From an uncultured Bdellovibrionales bacterium (GTDB taxonomy: Bacteria; Bdellovibrionota; UBA1018; CAIPTA01), in the NCBI GenBank assembly GCA_964612065.1, contig CAZTCD010000001.1:7013-71012 (forward strand): DNA of 64,000 nt. Reading direction: 5' to 3'. The position numbers and the translations under genes are program-made. The notes below the pieces were generated by a model. It was not told where the DNA came from. It saw only the letters and a list, made by a program, of their open reading frames with translations, and did not search any database. Shown in pieces: positions 9,059-17,781 of this stretch (the first letter of the stretch is position 1; every line of letters begins with the position of its first letter).

Positions 9059-11110
9059 ATGCTTCAGTTCCTGTTCGTCGCAATAGCTTTGCTTCTTCCA
9101 CAGATTCCGCGTGCGGAGCCGGCAAGCACGAAGCACGTAACAGCAGAATTGATTACTGAAAGCAATTTTCTTCGCGCAGGCGACAAAGGGGCAGGTGCAA
9201 ACTGGATTGGGTTGCGTTTGGAGATGCAGCCGCATTGGCATACTTATTGGCGTTATCCCGGAGATTCTGGGTTGCCTACTGAGGTGAGCTGGAAGCTGCC
9301 AGCCGGCTGGAAGGTGTATGGACCATACTGGCCTTTGCCTCAACGCATTTTCGTGCCTCCTTTGGTGAACTACGGATTCGAAGGCGAAGCGCTGATTGGA
9401 TACAAGGTAGAGGTTCCCCGTGACGCAAAATTGGGATTGCATCGATTGTATGCAGAAGCAAACTGGCTAGTTTGTAAAGAAACCTGTATTCCGGAGAAAG
9501 TAGATCTCTATCTTGATGTGCTTGTTAGAGCCGGGAATCCGACTCCGGGGGGGCAGGGAAGATTTTTTGCATCTCTCCGAAAAGAACAGCCGTTACCGCT
9601 TCCTGAAGGAAGTTCAATTGAAGTCATTTATAAAAGTGGTTATTTGGGCCTGAAATTTGCTGGAATAGAAAGCCCGGGCGAAGTCGATTTTTTTCCTCTT
9701 GTTCCCCAATTGTTAAAAGGGGAGGCGGCTCCTACGCGTGAAGGTGACGTGTACTGGCTTGCACTTGCAGATCCGCTGGATAAGAGCGTGTCGTCTCTGT
9801 CGGGATTATTAGTGTTTGGTTCCGGTTCTGACCGGAGAGTGCATGAAATCTCACTGCCTGTGGCATTTCCCGCGAATGCTCTTGCTTTAGCACCCAGGGA
9901 AAGAGAGTCCGGACCGTCGTCGTGGATCTTGATCTTCTTCGCGTTTCTGGGCGGATTGATTTTGAATTTCATGCCATGTGTTTTTCCAGTGCTCGGAATA
10001 AAAGTGCTGGCTCTTGTAAAGCAAAGCCACGGGCATCATAGAAAACTTATTGGCCATGGGCATGCTTATACGGCAGGTGTGCTCACCAGCTTTTTGACGC
10101 TCGGAGGTGGCCTGCTGGTATTAAGAGGATTGGGGCAAACCATCGGCTGGGGTTTTCAGCTTCAGCAGCCTGTTTTTGTGGCATTATTAATTCTGCTTTT
10201 TTCCTTTGTTACTGCTGATCTTGCCGGTTTTGTTCGCTGGAGCGGATCATGGATGGGGGCTGGAGGAAATCTGGCGAATAAAGAAGGGGCGATGGGATCC
10301 TTTTTTACCGGAGTTCTAGCTGTTGTCGTGGCCACTCCTTGTACCGCCCCTTTTATGGGAACGGCAGTTGGGGCTGCAATAGCGGAGCCGGCACTGGTGG
10401 TGGCGGTGGTATTCGCGGCGCTTGGGCTGGGCCTTTCTGCTCCATTTCTGGTTCTTTGCTATAAACCATCCCTTCTCGGAATTTTGCCTCGCCCCGGATC
10501 TTGGATGGAGCGGATGAAAGAGCTTTTTGCGTTCCCTATGGCGGCAACCGTGATTTGGTTGTTCTGGGTGCTCACTCAGCAAATTGGCTCTGACGGAGCA
10601 TTGGGTGTTCAATTAGGATTGGTGATCATTGTGTTTTCAGAGTGGGCCCATCGAAATCTGGCCTATCGGGCACTGCGCTGGATCCGCTGGGCTCTGATTA
10701 TCACTGGAGTGGGGATAGTACTCGGTGGAACTGCTTCCATTCCGCCGCAGCGTGCGGAAGTTCAGTCAAACGGAGCGTGGAAGCCATATAGTGACCGAGC
10801 ACTTGAGGATGCCTTGAATTCCGGGAAGGCAGTATTTGTGGATTTCACGGCTGCGTGGTGTTTGACCTGCCAAGTAAATAAAAAACTTGTACTTGATAGA
10901 TCATCGATGCAGGACTTTTTCCGGGAACGGAATGTGGTGCTCCTTGTTGCAGATTGGACAAATAGAAGCTCTGAAATCACAAGGGCACTGGAGCGCCATG
11001 ACCGTTTAGGTGTTCCGTTGTATCTGGCTTTTAAGCCTGGACAGAAAGAACCCACGATACTTCCGCAGGTGTTAACTTCCGAGATTGTGCGCGAGTCGCT
11101 TTCTCCCTGA
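9059..11110 (+). CDS. dsbD: thiol:disulfide interchange protein DsbD
   Basis: A signal peptide is followed by a periplasmic N-domain. The membrane core carries CVFPVL and ATPCTAPF Cys motifs. A C-terminal thioredoxin fold has WCLTC. Size is 683 aa. Confidence 0.85.
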   Translation: MLQFLFVAIALLLPQIPRAEPASTKHVTAELITESNFLRAGDKGAGANWIGLRLEMQPHWHTYWRYPGDSGLPTEVSWKLPAGWKVYGPYWPLPQRIFVPPLVNYGFEGEALIGYKVEVPRDAKLGLHRLYAEANWLVCKETCIPEKVDLYLDVLVRAGNPTPGGQGRFFASLRKEQPLPLPEGSSIEVIYKSGYLGLKFAGIESPGEVDFFPLVPQLLKGEAAPTREGDVYWLALADPLDKSVSSLSGLLVFGSGSDRRVHEISLPVAFPANALALAPRERESGPSSWILIFFAFLGGLILNFMPCVFPVLGIKVLALVKQSHGHHRKLIGHGHAYTAGVLTSFLTLGGGLLVLRGLGQTIGWGFQLQQPVFVALLILLFSFVTADLAGFVRWSGSWMGAGGNLANKEGAMGSFFTGVLAVVVATPCTAPFMGTAVGAAIAEPALVVAVVFAALGLGLSAPFLVLCYKPSLLGILPRPGSWMERMKELFAFPMAATVIWLFWVLTQQIGSDGALGVQLGLVIIVFSEWAHRNLAYRALRWIRWALIITGVGIVLGGTASIPPQRAEVQSNGAWKPYSDRALEDALNSGKAVFVDFTAAWCLTCQVNKKLVLDRSSMQDFFRERNVVLLVADWTNRSSEITRALERHDRLGVPLYLAFKPGQKEPTILPQVLTSEIVRESLSP

Positions 11111-11263
11111 GTTATTTATACTTTAATAAAAACAAGCATTTGCCTGGTGGGTATTATTAGTTCACCACGAGATTGCCTATGAATCGTACACGGTAAAGGG
11201 AAAACCTTCAGAAATTGAAGCATTTGGCCGATCTAGCCTCAGGAAGGGGCGGAGATATCCAGC

Positions 11264-13399
11264 ATGTTTCGATTAAATAAAACTTGTCGAGTAAGCCCTT
11301 TGCTGATGGTGGCTGCTGCTCTCTTCCTGGCGGGCTGCGAGGTGGGGTCCGCTACAAAGGGAAAATCGCCCTATCGAGCGCCTTCAAGTGGAACCTCGGG
11401 GGTGGCTCCGAGTGCTTCAACCGCCGAAGTGGCCACAGCCTTTTCAGTTACTATTACTGTGAAAGACAAGAGTGGATTTGGAATCCCTAACGTTGTTCCT
11501 GTGGTGACTGCTTCTCAAGCGGGTACGGGAAGCACTGGTGTAACCTCAGGTGGATGTGGCTCGACGGATAGAAAAGGCATTACATCCTGTACTCTAACGG
11601 CAAATCTTCCCGGTGATTACACCGTTTCAGTGGTTTCTCCCGTGCAGATCACCGCTGCGGGCACTGTTACTGTAGAGGCCCTTCCTCGAAGCCTGTCTTT
11701 TTCTGCAACGATGTCTACTACCGCAGGTTCGAGTACTGCATTGGCTACACAGCCGATCGTTTCGGTGCTTGATAAGGCCGGGAACGTAATTACCACTTCC
11801 ACTGATAACGTAACTCTCAGTTTGACCTCCACTACCTCCACATCGGGCGGCACAGCTACCCTTGCCGGCGTTTTGACCGTTGCAGCAGTAGCCGGCGTTG
11901 CGGATTTTGCGGGAAGTGGGGTGGCTGTTGACTTGGTTGGCGGCTATACCCTTACGGGCACTCTGACACATGCTACTACTGGCACCATTACAGCAACCAG
12001 CTCTACTATTACGATTTCCGCTGGAACGGCTACAAAACTTGGCTTCACAACTAGTCCATCTACTCCGACGGCTTCAAATGTGGCTTTTACTACCCAACCG
12101 ATAGTGGCTGTTCAGGATGCAGCCGGAAACACTGTTACTTCGGGGGCCGCTTGCATAATAACCATGAGTTTGCAGAATGGAGCTGCAACCGACAACCTTT
12201 TTGGAACAATCGCTAAGACTGCTGTCTCAGGCGTGTCAGATTTTGCAGGATTGGGTCTTAGAGTTGATACTACTACAGGCGGAAGCACTTACTATCTGAC
12301 TGCATCTGCCAGTGGTGCCTGTGCACCTCTGACTTCTGCGGACTCATCGACTTTTACTGTAAATTTATCCGGGCTTCCCAGCACACTCTCCGTCACACAG
12401 GCTCCCAGTGCTTCTCCGCTTAATAAAGCATGGCCTACGCAGCCAATTGTCAAAGTGCTCGATCCCGATGGGATTTTGGTGAGTGGCGACAATACCACTG
12501 TGGTTACGCTTGCGAAGACGGCGGGACCTGCTGGTGGGACGATCGTTGGATCTACCAGTCTTACCGTGGTGAATGGCGTGGCCACCTTTAGTGGGCTCAA
12601 GACCACTGGGGTTGCAGGTGATTCGGGAACCTACACCTTGGGGTTCACTGGAACAAACCCCGGTTTGACAATTACGGGCGCGTCGGTGAATCAATCTATA
12701 AATGAAAATGGATTAACTCCGGCAAAGCTGGCGTTCAGCGTTCAGCCGCAGAATGTTGCCATTCGCCAGCCAATGCAATCCATAGTGGTAGAAACCCAGG
12801 ATGCTAATAGCTATTTTTGTTTTAATGACACTGCGTCCTCCGTAACGCTGAATTTCGTGTCGGGTCCAGCAGGTTCATCGATGTACGAGCTAGGAGCTCC
12901 TGTTGGCGGTGCTGGAAGCTCCACTGGAGCCAAGACTGTTGTAAATGGCCAGGCTTCCTTTCCTGGTATCTCTTTTGATGTCGCGGGAACCTATGTAATT
13001 CGTGCGGACTCTGTTGGCTTGACCTCTGTTACAAGTTCTACGTTTGCAATTTCAAGCTATACGGCGGCCGACAATTTGAGCTTTTCAACGCAGCCAGCAG
13101 ACGCAGTGGGAGCTAGCCCTGCTGAGCCCTGGACCACTCCGCCAGTCGTGCGAGTAAGAGACGTCTATGGAAACCTGGTAACTGGCGACAATGACACGGT
13201 GGTTACTCTCGACTGTGTAAGCCCGCTGGGATGTTCTCTCTTGGGAACAACTTCCGTAAAAGTAGTGAATGGCGTGGCAGACTATACAGGCACAAACGTG
13301 CGGGCGGATGTAACGGTTTCCACCTCGAACATCGTCATTCGAGCGACGTCATCGCCGTCTCTGAACTCGACTACAAGTACTGCCTTCACGCAGCAGTAA
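11264..13399 (+). CDS. surface lipoprotein with about 7 bacterial Ig-like (Big_1-type) repeats, a putative adhesin
   Basis: The lipobox is LFLAGC. Repeats of about 100 aa each carry TQP(I/P)V.V.D..GN.VT...(N/D)..VTL (for example TQPIVSVLDKAGNVITTSTDNVTLSL and TPPVVRVRDVYGNLVTGDNDTVVTLD). Composition is Thr/Ser/Gly-rich. Confidence 0.65.
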   Translation: MFRLNKTCRVSPLLMVAAALFLAGCEVGSATKGKSPYRAPSSGTSGVAPSASTAEVATAFSVTITVKDKSGFGIPNVVPVVTASQAGTGSTGVTSGGCGSTDRKGITSCTLTANLPGDYTVSVVSPVQITAAGTVTVEALPRSLSFSATMSTTAGSSTALATQPIVSVLDKAGNVITTSTDNVTLSLTSTTSTSGGTATLAGVLTVAAVAGVADFAGSGVAVDLVGGYTLTGTLTHATTGTITATSSTITISAGTATKLGFTTSPSTPTASNVAFTTQPIVAVQDAAGNTVTSGAACIITMSLQNGAATDNLFGTIAKTAVSGVSDFAGLGLRVDTTTGGSTYYLTASASGACAPLTSADSSTFTVNLSGLPSTLSVTQAPSASPLNKAWPTQPIVKVLDPDGILVSGDNTTVVTLAKTAGPAGGTIVGSTSLTVVNGVATFSGLKTTGVAGDSGTYTLGFTGTNPGLTITGASVNQSINENGLTPAKLAFSVQPQNVAIRQPMQSIVVETQDANSYFCFNDTASSVTLNFVSGPAGSSMYELGAPVGGAGSSTGAKTVVNGQASFPGISFDVAGTYVIRADSVGLTSVTSSTFAISSYTAADNLSFSTQPADAVGASPAEPWTTPPVVRVRDVYGNLVTGDNDTVVTLDCVSPLGCSLLGTTSVKVVNGVADYTGTNVRADVTVSTSNIVIRATSSPSLNSTTSTAFTQQ

Positions 13400-13423
13400 T
13401 GATTCCTTAGCAAGAATTCAGGT

Positions 13424-15040
13424 TCAGAGAACTGTCTCACGCCCGAAGAGCATGTCATCGTTCTCGGGGAAATCTATATTCTGATGAAGGCCTCTGCTTT
13501 CCTTTCTCATTTGGGCGCAGGTTACGATCAGGTCGGCTACTGTAATGAGATTTCGAAGTTCGACAAGATTCTTGCTCAGCTTTCGTTCCCACCAGCACTG
13601 ATGAATTTCCTGTTTTAAATTCGCAATTCGTCGGGCAGCGTAATCCAGCCTTCGATTGGAGCGGACAATCCCAACGTAGTTCCACATCAACGTGCGAATC
13701 TCATCCCAGTTGTGGGTAATGATCACTTCTTCTTCTTCCGCTTTAGCAAAGCCATGGTCCCAGGCCGGAATCTCGAGCCGATCTTGCTCATTCAGTGCTT
13801 TCGCCCAGTTAACCGCATGGGCGGCCGCGCGATGGGAGTAAACTGCCGCTTCCAGCAATGAGTTGGATGCCAGGCGATTGGCTCCATGGAGCCCCGTATG
13901 TGCGGCTTCACCAGCCACATAAAGACCCTTGATGGCAGTGAGGCCATCTTGGTCACATTTCACTCCTCCACAAGTGTAATGGGCGGCGGGCACTACGGGT
14001 ACCGGCTCTTTTGTAAGATCGAAACCAAATTTGTCACAGGTGGCAGTGTTGTGAGGAAAGTGAGTCCGAACGAAGTCGGAGCCTTTGTGGGATATGTCCA
14101 GATAAACGCATTCATCGCCCCGTTGTTTCATCTCTTTATCGATGGAAAGAGCCACAATATCACGAGGGGCGAGTTCCGCTAGTTCATGATACTTCGGCAT
14201 GAATCGCTCGCCAGAGCGATTCACCAGATAAGCACCTTCGCCTCTAAGAGCTTCCGAAAGAAGGGCGCTCTTCGCCTGCGGGTGAAAAAGGCATGTTGGA
14301 TGGAACTGGACAAATTCCATGTTGGCGACATGTGCCCCAAGGCGATAAGCCATCGCGATTCCATCGCCGACCGCTGTGTCGGGATTTGAGGTGTATTTAT
14401 ATACCTTCCCTGCTCCGCCAGTCGCTATCAGTGTGGCTTTTGCATGAACGGGATAAACAGAATTTGAGTCCAAATCCAAGAGATATGCGCCAAGGCAAGT
14501 GGATCCATGTACGGAACGAATGTGCTGAAGCTTATGGTCACTAACGAGATCTACGGCTACTGTGCCGGTTCTGATTTCAATATTCGGATTAGCGCCGGCT
14601 CTTGTAATCAGTGCTTTTATAATGGCGCGCCCGGTTTGATCATCGCTATGAAGAATCCTTCTGCGTGAATGGCCTCCTTCTCTTGTGAGGTCATACTCAT
14701 GGTCTCCATTACTGGATCGAGTGAATTCCACTCCGCGACGAACAAGATCGCGAACGCGCTCCGGCCCTTCGGTTACCACGATACGAACTGTTTCGGGATT
14801 GGCAATGCCGCCGCCCGTGCTCATCGTGTCATCGAAATGACTATTGATTTCGTCTTCACCATGCATGGCGGCTGCAATACCGCCCTGAGCCCACTGTGTG
14901 GCGCTCTCGAATGGATCTTTACTCTTGGTAATGATCAGAACGCGTGAGCTCGGCCACCTCTCACTGAAATCAAGGGCGAAATTCAGGCCCGCCAGGCCGG
15001 TGCCTAATACAAGGGCATCGAACTTTTCTGCTCTGCGCAT
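13424..15040 (-). CDS. nadB: L-aspartate oxidase
   Basis: The FAD-binding N-terminus is DALVLGTGLAGL...QGGIAAA. The RHSLLEAAVYS/GANRLASNSLLE succinate-dehydrogenase/fumarate-reductase flavoprotein signatures are present. Size is 538 aa. Confidence 0.85.
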   Translation of the reverse strand: MRRAEKFDALVLGTGLAGLNFALDFSERWPSSRVLIITKSKDPFESATQWAQGGIAAAMHGEDEINSHFDDTMSTGGGIANPETVRIVVTEGPERVRDLVRRGVEFTRSSNGDHEYDLTREGGHSRRRILHSDDQTGRAIIKALITRAGANPNIEIRTGTVAVDLVSDHKLQHIRSVHGSTCLGAYLLDLDSNSVYPVHAKATLIATGGAGKVYKYTSNPDTAVGDGIAMAYRLGAHVANMEFVQFHPTCLFHPQAKSALLSEALRGEGAYLVNRSGERFMPKYHELAELAPRDIVALSIDKEMKQRGDECVYLDISHKGSDFVRTHFPHNTATCDKFGFDLTKEPVPVVPAAHYTCGGVKCDQDGLTAIKGLYVAGEAAHTGLHGANRLASNSLLEAAVYSHRAAAHAVNWAKALNEQDRLEIPAWDHGFAKAEEEEVIITHNWDEIRTLMWNYVGIVRSNRRLDYAARRIANLKQEIHQCWWERKLSKNLVELRNLITVADLIVTCAQMRKESRGLHQNIDFPENDDMLFGRETVL

Positions 15041-15065
15041 AAGGGGACTTGTATAATAAGCCCGT

Positions 15066-16712
15066 GTGGAGTGGAATAGCCCTAGGGGGGATGCGGTGAG
15101 AATATCTTTGTTGCTTGGAACGATTACCCTTTTCCTGGCTGGAACCCTTTTTTATGCGGAGCGAAAAAGAGGTGAAAACTACGAAAACTCTCTGACCTCG
15201 ACCGTTGAAAGAGTTCTTCGGGCGGAGAGCAGATCTTTAGCGGGACGCCTGGAGGAGGCTGCGCTCAAAGCGGATCGCGACGCATTGATTACCGCAGCCC
15301 GACATAGGAAAAAACCTCCTCTCCGAACATTTTTAAGCGACACGTCTCTTGCGGAGCCGAACGCTCCCAAGTGGGTAATAGTGGCAGGGAGGCGGATCCG
15401 CGCGGCGGGGGTGCTGGAAGATGCGCTCTTGGAAGAGGCGTTGGAAAAACATCTCAAGCACAAAGAGCGCTTTTCTCTGCAAGGATCCCGGGGGAAATAC
15501 TTTCTGTTTGTGAAAGGAAACCTTGCTACGGGCCAGCCTTATGCCATGGCTTACGCGCCGGAGTCTTTTTTTTCAGCGTTTCAGGCCAGTGAAGGTCTTC
15601 GAGTCTGGATTGCGGGGAGGGATGGTACGGTAATTTTTCACCCCCTTCATCGATTCATCGGATCTAACGTTTCGAATCTCAAACCGGTAGCTGCTGGACT
15701 GCAGCGCCTTGGTGCCGGACGCTCCGAGCAGTTCACAGAGCGCTATCTAGGAATTGAGGGGAAGGACGCCTTGGGTTCCTGGACTACACTTCCCAACCAG
15801 GGATTGTTGGTGGCTTCAGAGTGGCCACGAGATCCGGGATCCGGAGCTGTGTGGTCGTCGCTGTTTTGGGCGGCCTTGTTGTGCTCCGGATTGGGATTCG
15901 GGTTCATGGGCGTGGGGCTAGCGAGGGTACGAAAGCCCGGATCTGATAGTACACGTGAGCGGGTGTTTGATGAAAACAGGCTTGATGACGATGCTATGGA
16001 GTACCTGGAGAAAGCTAAAATAGCCGCTGACGAGGCGTTGGAGTTTGCCAGGGCACAGGAAGGTTTGGCTGACCAAGCAAATCGGGAACGCTCTCGATTC
16101 GCCGCACAGGTGCGACAGCTTGAGTCGAAAATCAGCCTATTAGAAACCTTTCAGGACAAAGTACTTCCGCTGATAATGGGAAAACAGGTCTGGAACGAGC
16201 TTGCTTCGCTGGCAGTGGAAAACGCTCCGGGACTTACTTTTACGGTCTATCGATATTCTCCCTCCAGCTACTCGTTGGTACCGGAAGCTTGCTTTGGCGG
16301 CGCAGGACTTACTGAGAATGGACTGTCCTATCTAAATGACACTCGGATCTTTATTGGAAGCTTGAGCTTTCTGCCTACCGTGTTAAAAACGGAAGCATTT
16401 AATAAGTGGAATCGCACACGCGAACGCTTAATGCCTCACCTTCATGCCGAGTTCAGAGTGTTCCCATTCCAAACGCAAATCGCAAAAGGGGCTATAATAG
16501 CGATTTTCGATGAGAGGATGAACGAGGCAGGCGAGCTTGAAGATACCTTTCTTGTCCTCGATCAACTTGTGAGAAGAACAGGCAGTTTTTGCGATAGCAT
16601 TACCCCCCTGTTACAATCGACTTATGCTTTCAAATCGGCTTCCCAAGCAGCTTCCGGGACGACCCTGGCAGGTGCGCCAGACGGCGCTGGAAATCGATCT
16701 CGGCCATCTTAA
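15066..16712 (+). CDS. membrane sensor-like protein: Cache-like periplasmic domain, TM segment, coiled coil and an unknown C-terminal domain
   Basis: An N-terminal TM segment is followed by a periplasmic region (GRDGTVIFHP...LGSWTTLPNQGLLVASEWP) resembling a Cache fold. A second TM follows (LFWAALLCSGLGFGFMGVGLA), then a coiled coil and a novel domain. No kinase, GGDEF or MCP motifs are present. Its 3' end overlaps alr. Confidence 0.45.
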   Translation: MEWNSPRGDAVRISLLLGTITLFLAGTLFYAERKRGENYENSLTSTVERVLRAESRSLAGRLEEAALKADRDALITAARHRKKPPLRTFLSDTSLAEPNAPKWVIVAGRRIRAAGVLEDALLEEALEKHLKHKERFSLQGSRGKYFLFVKGNLATGQPYAMAYAPESFFSAFQASEGLRVWIAGRDGTVIFHPLHRFIGSNVSNLKPVAAGLQRLGAGRSEQFTERYLGIEGKDALGSWTTLPNQGLLVASEWPRDPGSGAVWSSLFWAALLCSGLGFGFMGVGLARVRKPGSDSTRERVFDENRLDDDAMEYLEKAKIAADEALEFARAQEGLADQANRERSRFAAQVRQLESKISLLETFQDKVLPLIMGKQVWNELASLAVENAPGLTFTVYRYSPSSYSLVPEACFGGAGLTENGLSYLNDTRIFIGSLSFLPTVLKTEAFNKWNRTRERLMPHLHAEFRVFPFQTQIAKGAIIAIFDERMNEAGELEDTFLVLDQLVRRTGSFCDSITPLLQSTYAFKSASQAASGTTLAGAPDGAGNRSRPS

Positions 16713-17781
16713 ATCGAATTTTAAAAAACTCTCCGCTCGCGCGGATAACGCTCGCCTGTTGGCGATGTTGAAAAGCGATGCCTATGGGCATTCCATGAAG
16801 GAAGTGCTTCTCGCGCTGGAGAGTATCCCCGGAACAAAGTTGAACGGTTTCGGAGTGGCCAATGTGGAAGAGGGAATCGAGGCCAGGAGAGCAGGTGCTA
16901 TCCGGCCAATTTACGTTCTTTCGGGGATTCAGTTTTATGACGGTGACCTTCATCGTTGCCTGAAGACTGTGAATCTGATTCCCGTAATCGGATCCTTAAG
17001 GGTGCTGAAACAACTTGCTTCAACTTTGAAGTCGCTTAAAGCACAGCAGGCTGTTCATTTAAAACTAAATACAGGCATGAATCGCCTCGGGATTGATCCG
17101 GGTGAACTTGATGCGTGCCTTCGTATTTTATCTTCAAACAAAAATATTCGGGTTGACGGAATCTTAAGCCACTTTTCTGCTGGCGAAAAAAAAACGAGCT
17201 CAATTACAAAGTCTCAAGTGGCGAGTTTCCGAGAAGTCATGTCTCTGTTCAAAGAGCAGGGAATTGAGCCGAAGTTCATGCATATGGCGAACTCTTCCGG
17301 GCTGTCTTCAGGGGTTTTCCCTGAGGGGAATTTATCGAGGGTGGGATTGCATCTCTATGGATTGGACGATCAGGAGCTGAAGCCTGTGGCTAGTTGGACC
17401 GCTCAAGTATATCACATCCGAGATATTGGAAAGGGAAGCGCCGTTGGTTATGGGCCCCACTTTCGTGCCCGTCGAAAAATGAAGATGGCCGTGCTGGGGG
17501 TAGGATATGGTGACGGTTATCGAAGAGCATTGTCCAATCGGGCGGAAGTACTTATTCGAGGAAGGCGATGCCCGGTAATTGGTGCAATTAGCATGGACTT
17601 AACAACAATAGATGTAAGTGCGCTTCCTTCTGTTACCGTAAATGATCGAGTTACTTTGATAGGAAAAGATGGAGGAGAGCAAATTACCGCCGGAGAGTTA
17701 GCTTCCCATGCTGGGACTATTTCATACGAAATTTTGACCGGCATTTCGGCCAGGGTGCCAAGGATATTTCTAAATGGATGA
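16624..17781 (+). CDS. alr: alanine racemase
   Basis: The PLP-Lys motif is AMLKSDAYGHS and the C-terminal signature is YEILTGIS. Size is 385 aa. The start may instead be the GTG at 16672, which reduces the overlap with the upstream gene. Confidence 0.85.
   Translation: MLSNRLPKQLPGRPWQVRQTALEIDLGHLKSNFKKLSARADNARLLAMLKSDAYGHSMKEVLLALESIPGTKLNGFGVANVEEGIEARRAGAIRPIYVLSGIQFYDGDLHRCLKTVNLIPVIGSLRVLKQLASTLKSLKAQQAVHLKLNTGMNRLGIDPGELDACLRILSSNKNIRVDGILSHFSAGEKKTSSITKSQVASFREVMSLFKEQGIEPKFMHMANSSGLSSGVFPEGNLSRVGLHLYGLDDQELKPVASWTAQVYHIRDIGKGSAVGYGPHFRARRKMKMAVLGVGYGDGYRRALSNRAEVLIRGRRCPVIGAISMDLTTIDVSALPSVTVNDRVTLIGKDGGEQITAGELASHAGTISYEILTGISARVPRIFLNG

Noticed and set aside
9017-9442. 141-aa minus-strand ORF overlapping the dsbD 5' region
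   Set aside because: There is no Shine-Dalgarno or family resemblance. It lies antisense to the well-supported dsbD N-terminus.
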